Part shown: in pieces, positions 56,600-64,000 of the stretch | Layout of the letters: every line of letters starts with the position of its first letter | How positions within the stretch are numbered: the first letter of the stretch is position 1 | DNA from: the human T2T-CHM13v2.0 reference genome, Homo sapiens | Assembly (NCBI RefSeq): GCF_009914755.1 | Contig: NC_060941.1 | Direction: 5' to 3' (one strand) | DNA length: 64,000 nucleotides | Made by a program: the position numbers and the translations under genes | The notes under the pieces: model-generated | What the model saw: the letters and a program-made list of their open reading frames with translations, nothing else | Told to the model about the DNA's origin: nothing | Databases searched by the model: none

Positions 56600-57684
56600 A
56601 TTAAAAGTCCCTCTGAGCTTACCTTGTCTAAAAAAATGTAAGAAGAAGGACTATGAGGCAGAGGGGCTGGTGTGAGCACATGCTGGGCAGGAGGAAAGAG
56701 GTAATGATCAGGACCAGGGAAATCCCCAAACCCAGCAAGTCAGGGAGCCAAATGAAAGCCTTTCATCCTGTATTGGCCACCTAACCCCATCGACACTCCA
56801 AGTGAACATTCTCTCTTAGAGATACTCATTGTCCTGTTTTTTCTGTAACCTTGCAAAGGAATCTGATTTCTCCCATTAGCCTTTCACAGGAAAAAAATTT
56901 CACATTAGAATGCTATTCTTTAGAAGGCATCTCAGATTAGGCTGCAAGGAGATTGAGGAAGTTACTGTCAGTCACTTATACCCCACAGGGACATTAATTC
57001 ACCAGAGCTTTGGTGGGGGAGTAGAGGAGCTCATTACAAGCAGGTCTGGATGCTGCACAGAGTGTAAAGGGGGCAGAAGGACCCAGGACACTTAGGCCTG
57101 GAGATAGCGCCAATGCTGGGAGGTACCCTTATTATCCCCATTTTACAGAGGAGGAAACAGATGGTAATCTGTCCATCCCTGCCAGAGGAGGAAACTGGCA
57201 GGTAATGTGATGAAGACCATGCTGCCCCGCAGTACAGGGGCCAGGATCTAAGCCCAGGCAGCCTGCCTTGCCATCAGCGCTCTCACCCATAACCTCGTGC
57301 TGCCTTTAAGCAGGATTGCCCTGTGGCCAGGGGCACAGCTTCTGGGTTCACATTCCAGCTTCTCTACAATTTCCAGCTGTGTGACCTTGGGCAAGTTACT
57401 TGTCTGTGCTCAGCGTCCTCTGCACAGTGGGTATAGCAATACCTGCCTCGTGGAGTCCCTTAAGTGAATTAATCACTGTAACATGCTTAGAATGGTGCCA
57501 TGCGCATCGTCACCATCCAGTACATATGGGCCATCATGCCTGAATCCTGGATGGATTAAAAGTCCCTCTGAGCTTACCTTCTCTAAAACAATGTAAGAAA
57601 AAGGGCCTGTGGGAAGGACTATGAGGCAGAGGGGCTGGTGTGAGCACATGCTGGGCAGGAGGAAAGAGGTAATGACCAGGACCA
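56600..57684 (+). repeat. ~120-130-bp direct duplication (56600-56716 and 57555-57684)
   Basis: attaaaagtccctctgagcttacctt...gaaggactatgaggcagaggggctggtgtgagcacatgctgggcaggaggaaagaggtaatgaYcaggacca occurs twice; copy 1 lacks ~13 bp. Confidence 0.95.
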
Positions 57685-58236
57685 TTGAAGGGTCTAAAAT
57701 GACCAGGATCCTTGAAGGGTCTAAAATCTAGGATCCTGAAATACCTGGCAGTGGGATCCTGAAATCCTCTGGCAGCATTTTAACATATTTTGGCTGTAGA
57801 ATTGTACCCTGCTTTCCGGGGCTAGAAGGTGTGGGATCAGAGGCGTACTCAGTTCAGCCCCAAAGTAGGCAAAGAAGGTTTTGTCACAGGCTTGTCTAGG
57901 GCCCAGCCCCTGTAACCTCCCCTTGTACCTCCCTTGCGTGCTCCCTCACCCATATTCACACATGCACTCTAGGCCTTCTGGGCCCCAAGGGAAGGAGAGA
58001 GGGTGGGGAGTGGGTTCACTGGTCTACCGAAGCATGCTGCCTTCAGCCCTGCTGAACTGCTGGGTCCAGGGAATGGGCCTGCAGCTGAAAGGGTCTTGCC
58101 CTCCCTTTAACTTTAAACTTTGATTTTCAGTGATCCAAGAGCTTCATCTCTTCCTGTGATCCTGTCTGGATGTTTATGCTGGATGGTATGGGCCACTTCT
58201 GGCAGGGGTGCACAGGCCAGGGCCTGGCTGGCAGCC

Positions 58237-58421
58237 ATGGCAGGTGAGGAGACCTTGGCAGATGAGAAGACCTTCTGCTTCTGCTTCAACGTATGGGTCT
58301 TCTCCTGGCTCTCAGTACATTCCTCCTGAGCCATGATGGGCCCCAGTTCAATGAAACCTTCTGCGGCAGCATCATGGTGCCCAGGGGTATAAGCTGGGGC
58401 ATGTACCAGTGCTACCCCAAG
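58237..58421 (+). pseudogene. BSND: Unprocessed barttin (BSND) pseudogene, exon-1 homolog with a frameshift
   Basis: Two frames join to [19 protein letters not shown] / [42 protein letters not shown]. The remembered barttin N-terminus is [59 protein letters not shown]. The match ends at AAG|gtatgt (splice donor at 58422), and the frameshift is near 58293. Confidence 0.92.
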
Positions 58422-58557
58422 GTATGTGGTTGTGGGACTGAGTGGAGCCCGAAGGGCTGGATGTTGTACCTCTCTTCCATGTATCTGCCCCATCCTTCAA
58501 TCATCTTCTTGTTATTTTCATTTTGAATCCCGTTTTATTCTGTCTTCTCTTCTGAGC

Positions 58558-58682
58558 ACCCATCCATTCATTTATCCATTCATCCATCTATTCATCCATC
58601 CATTCATCCCAGCATCAATCTATCAATCCATGCATCCATCCATTTATTTGTCCAACCACCCATCCATCTATCTGTCCATCAT
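58558..58682. repeat. (ATCC)n-like simple repeat
   Basis: catccattcatttatccattcatccatc..., seen directly. Confidence 0.9.
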
Positions 58683-60075
58683 TTAGCATAAGGATTGATC
58701 AGAAGCCTCCTGGTTCTGGAGCCATAGACCAGACACCATGGGGAGACATGATGAAAAACAACATATGATTTGTGTGCTTGAAACAAAAGCTAATGAGTGC
58801 TTACCACCTGCCTGGCAGTCTTGCATTCAGGGTACAGTTCTCCCCTCATCCTGAGCTTTTTGGTACCTTCTATAGTTTCATTTAGTAGTAGAGAATGCTG
58901 AGCCTCATAAAGTGGGGTCACACAGCTGCGTAGTGGAGTTTGGATTGGAGCTCAGATGTGTGTGACTTAGGCATCACCCTCTGCCTTGAGTCCTCCACTC
59001 TAGGGTCCCAGAGCTGCTGAGCATTCTGGGGTTGGTCAGCTCTAACCTTGGTGGCATGCATTGAGCAACTCTCCATATTTTGGAGTCTTAATGTATTCCT
59101 AGCCTTAGTGATGGCAAGGACCCTGCTTTGGGAGACCTGGGTTCTAGTTCCAGTCCTGTACCAAACTTTCTGTGTGATCTTTGTCTTTCTGAGTCCAGTA
59201 TTTGCATCTGCGTAATAGGACACAAGCACCAACTTTCACAGCCTCATAGGGCTATTACAGAGGTCAGAGAAGAGAAGAGATATATGAGTATTTGTATACT
59301 GTAGAGTGTTTTGTTTAGGTGAAGGGCTGTCAGGTCCTGACAACCCTCTGGAATGAACATGTCAGAAGTTGTAAACCGTCAATGCCCAGAGAGGTGGAGT
59401 GACTCTTCCAAGGTCACATAGCTAGTCAGAGACAGACCTAGGGGAAAAAAATGAGAGAAACATGGAATCTAACTTGGGCTCTGTCTCTAACTGCCTGGGA
59501 GACTGCTCAAGCCCCTTACCTCTCTAGGCCTCAGTTTCCTTGTTTTTACAATATGTGAGACAGGATGAGGGGATGGATGGGGAGGATATCTGGAGGCCTT
59601 GCGAGAACTCACCTCTAGGGCCCAGGCTTGGGAATCCCCAGAACCCCCATATTGTCCTTTACACCTGGATGGCTGTGCTCAAGGGCTCAGGGAGGGGGGA
59701 CTCTTGTGGCCCTGGACTCCCTAGCCTTTCCCCTTCTGTGGGCCCACCCTGTGCTGTCAGTGTGTTAGGTGCTGGAATGGTCTCAGCTGGTTTGTAGTCA
59801 TTTCCGAGGAAGTTTATGGTAACCTCACCTCTGTCCGTGCCATGTCCTGAGCAGACGTCCCCGGGAGAAGTCCTGGCAGCCAGAGCTACCCATGTCACCA
59901 CTAGCCATGGTAGTCCTCTTCCCCATGAGGAGGCTGCACCCTGGGAGATGGCATTGGATGGAATGGGACATCTGTCCTGACCTCCCCATTAAGCAGAGGT
60001 GGCTCTGGGACTGTGGGCAGGGATACTGCAGTGGCAGTGGGAAACGAAGTGGAGGAGGAAATATTGCCGGGTACT

Positions 60076-63000
60076 AATAGAATAGAATGTACTCGAATGT
60101 AATGGATTTCAATGTATTTGATTAGAATGGAATAGAATCGAATGGAACATAATCCAATGGAATGGCATGGAATGCAATGGAATGGAATAGAATGCAATGC
60201 AATGGAATGGAATGTAGTAGAATCAGGTGGAATGGAATCCAATGGAATAGAATTGAATGGAATGGACTGGAATGGAATGGACTCGAATGGAATGCAATGG
60301 AGTGGATTGTACTCGACTGTAATGGAAATGGAATGGAATGGAATGGAAAGGAATAGAATGGAATGGAATCGGATGGACCGGAATTGAATGGAATGGAGTC
60401 AAAAGGAATAGAATCGAATGGAATGGCATCGAATGGAAAGGAATCTAATGGAATGGACTCGAATGGAATGGATTCGAATGGAATAGAATCGAATGGAATA
60501 GCATTGAATGGAATGGAATGGAAAGGAATGGAATGGACCCAAATGTAATGGACTCGAATGGAATGGATTCAAATAGAATGGAATCGAAAGAAATGGACTC
60601 AAATGGAATTTATTCGAATACAATGGAATCGAATGGAATGCAATAGTATGGAATGGAATCGAATGTAATGGAATCGAATGGAATGGACCGGAATGGAATG
60701 GACTGGAATGGAACGGAATGGAATAGAATGGAGTCGAATGTAATGGATTGCAATGTAACTGATTCGAATAAAATCGAATCGAATGGAATGGAATCGAATG
60801 GAATGGACCAAAATGGAATGGACTGGAATAGAACAGACTCGAATGTAATGGATTGCAGTGTAATTGATTTGAATGGAATGGAATCTAATGGAATGTAATA
60901 TAATGGAATGGAATTGAAAGAAATGGAATGGAATAAAATAAAATGCAATGGAATGGAATGGAGCGGAACTGAGTGGAACGGAATCCAGTGGAATAGAATC
61001 GAATGGAATGGAATGGAATGGAATGGACTTGAATGGAATCTACTGGAACAAAATGGAATCGAATGGAATGGAATCGAACGGAACGGAATGGAATGGAATA
61101 GAATGGACTCGAAGGGAATGGAGTTGAATGGAGTGGAAACCAATGGAATGGAATAAAATAGAATGCAATTGAATAGAATCCAATGGAATAGAATGGAATG
61201 GAGTATAATGGAAAGATATCGAATGTAATGTAATGTAATGGAATCGAAAGGAATGGAATGGAATATAATGGAAAGATATCGAATGTAATGTAATGTAATG
61301 GAATCGAAAGGAATGGACTGGAATGGAAGGTACTCAAATGCAATGGACTGGAGTGGAATGGAATGAAATCGAATGGAATGGAATTGAATAGAATGGAATT
61401 GAATAGAATCGAAAGGAATAGAATGGAATTGAGTGTAATGAAAAGATATCGAATGGAATGGAATGGAATGGACTCAAATGGAATTGACTGGAATGGAATG
61501 GACACGAATGGAATGGAATGGAGTCGAATGGAATGGAATCGAATGGAATGGAATTGAATAGAATGGAATTGAATAGAATCGAAGGGAATAGAATGGAATG
61601 GAGTGTAAAGGAAAGTTATCGAATGGAATCGAATGGACTTGAAAGGAATGGACTGGAATGGAATGGACTCGAATGGAATGGACTGGAGTGGAATCGACGC
61701 GAATGGAATGAAAACGAAAGGAATGGAAAGGAATGGAACGGAATGGAATGGAATGCAAAGGAATAGAATAGAATGGAATCGGATGGAACAGAATGGAAAG
61801 GAATGGAGTCGAATGGAACAGAAACGAATGGAATGGTATCAAATGGAATGGAATGGAATGGAATCGACTCAGATGAAATGCAATCGAATGGAATAGAATA
61901 GAATGGATTGGCATCGAATGGAATGGAACGGAATGGAATGGAATGGAATGGGATGGACTGAAATGTAATGGACTTGAATGGAATGGACTCAAATAGAATG
62001 GACTCGAAAGGATTGGTCTCGAATGGTATTTATTCGAATAGAATGAGATCGAATGGAATGAAATAGTATGGAATGGAATTGAATGGAATGGAATCGAATG
62101 GAATGGACCGGAATGGAATGGACTGGAGTAGAACAGACTGTAATGTAATGGATTGCAATGTAATTGAATCGAATGGAATGGAATCGAATGGAATGTAATC
62201 AAATGAAATGGAATGTAATGGAATATAATGGAAGGCAATGGAATGGAATGGAGTGGAATCGATAGGAATGGAATCGAATAGAATGGAATCAAATGGAATG
62301 GACTGGAATGGAATAGACTCTAATGGAATGGACTGGAACAAAATGGAATCGAACGGATTGGAATGGAACGGAACGGAAAGGAATAGAATGCAATGGAATG
62401 GACTCGAATGGAATGCAGTCGAATGGAATGGAACCGAATGGAATGGAATTGAATGTAATCGAAAGAATAGAATGGAATGGAGTGTAATGGAAAGATAACG
62501 AATGTAATGGAATGGAATGCACTCGAATGGAATGGACTGGAATGGAACGGACACAAATGGAATGGACTGGAGTGGAATGGACTTGAATGGAATGGAAAAG
62601 AATGGAATGAAATGGAAAGGACTGGAATGGAAAGGAAAGGAATAGAATGGAATGAAATCGGATGGAAAGGAATGGAATGGAATGGAGTCGAATGCAATAG
62701 AGTCAAATGAAATGGCATTGAATGGAATGGAAAGGAAAGGAATGGAATGGAATGGAAAGGAATAGAATGGAATGGAATGGAAAGGAATACAATGGAATGG
62801 AATCGGATGGAACGGAACGGAAAAGAATGGAATCGAATGGAATAGAATCAAATGGAATGGCATCGAATGGAATGGAATGGAATGGAAAGGAATGGAATAG
62901 AATGGACTCGAATGGAATGGATTCGAATGGAATAGCATAGGATGGAATGGCATTGAATGGAATGGAATGGACCCATATGTAATAGACTCGAATGGAATGG

Positions 63001-64000
63001 ACTCAAATAGAATGCACTCAAAAGGAATGGTCTCGAATGGAATTCATTCGAATAGAATGGAATTGAATGGAATACAATAGTATGGAATGGAATGGAATGG
63101 AATGGAATGGAATGGAATAGAATAGAATGGACTGGAATGAAATGGACTGGAATAGAACGGAGTCGAATGTACTGGATTACAAAGTAATTGATTCGAATCG
63201 AATGGAATCGAATGGAAAGTAACCAAATGGAATGGAATGGAATGCAATGTAATGGAATAGAATGGAATGCAATGCAATGGAATGGAGTGGAATTGAGTGG
63301 AATGGAATCGAATGGAATGGAATCGAATGGAATGGATCGGAATGGAATGGACTGGAATGGAATGGACTCGAAAGGAATGGACTGGAACAAAATGGAATAG
63401 AACGGATTGGAATGGAAAGGAATGGAATGGAATGGAGTGCAATGGAATGCACTCGAATGGAATGGAGTCGAATGGAATGGAACCGAATGGAATGGAATTG
63501 AATGGAATCGAAAAGAAGAGAATGGAATGGAATGTAATGAAAAGATATCGAATGTAATGGAATGGAATGGACTCGAATGGAATGGACTGGAAAGGAATGG
63601 AATCGAATGGAATGGACTGGAGTGGAATGGACTCGAATGGAATGGAAACGAATGGAATGGAATGGAAAATAATAGAATGGAAGGAAATTGGATGGAATGG
63701 AATGGAATGGAGTCAAATGGAAGAGAAACGAAAGGAATAGCATTGAGTGGAATGGAATGGAATGGAATGGACTCGAATGGAATGGAAACGAATGGAATGA
63801 AATAGAATGGAAAGGAATAGATGGGAATGGAATGGGTTGGAATGGAATTGAATGGAATGGAGTCGAATGGAATAAAATTGAATGGAACGGCATCAAATGG
63901 AATGGAACGGAATGGAATGGAGTTGAATGGAGTCGAATGGAATGGATTCGAATGGAATAGAACATAATAGAATGCCATCGAACGGATTGGAATGGAATGG
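60076..64000 (+). repeat. HSat3-type satellite (GGAAT)n, diverged array edge; runs off the window end
   Basis: Continuous GAATG pentamer register with GACTC, GAATC and GAATA variants. I did not see the regular 23/26-bp HSat2 pattern. Confidence 0.93.

Noticed and set aside
60142-63978. MEWNG- and FHSIP-repeat ORFs
   Set aside because: Translations of the (GGAAT)n satellite.

Overview
Primate (human-like) genomic DNA with the layout of a pericentromeric or acrocentric segmental-duplication mosaic that ends in a satellite array. I can support no intact protein-coding gene. Layout: (1) 1-~27 kb is extremely Alu-dense. It holds a near-perfect inverted duplication (arms 1-5417 and 12040-17443, 6.6-kb spacer, left arm cut by the window edge) whose inner junction carries nested fold-back, template-switch scars. 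It also holds a U6-plus-unknown-3'-end chimeric retrocopy inside an Alu and tail-to-tail LTR8-like elements. (2) ~27-50.7 kb is AT-rich and Alu-poor, with old L1, L2, Tigger3a and MER21-like elements. (3) 50.77-53.29 kb is a CpG-rich tandem repeat with a ~22-bp unit (GCCGCCGCGGCTTTTTGCCCCC). (4) ~56.6-60.07 kb is a block carrying a diverged, frameshifted, unprocessed barttin (BSND) pseudogene exon 1. (5) 60076-64000 is (GGAAT)n HSat3-type satellite. Nearly all supplied ORFs are Alu, simple-repeat or satellite artefacts. I found no evidence for a new coding system; the most interesting signals are structural. Repeat-family names come from remembered consensus sequences, not from a search.
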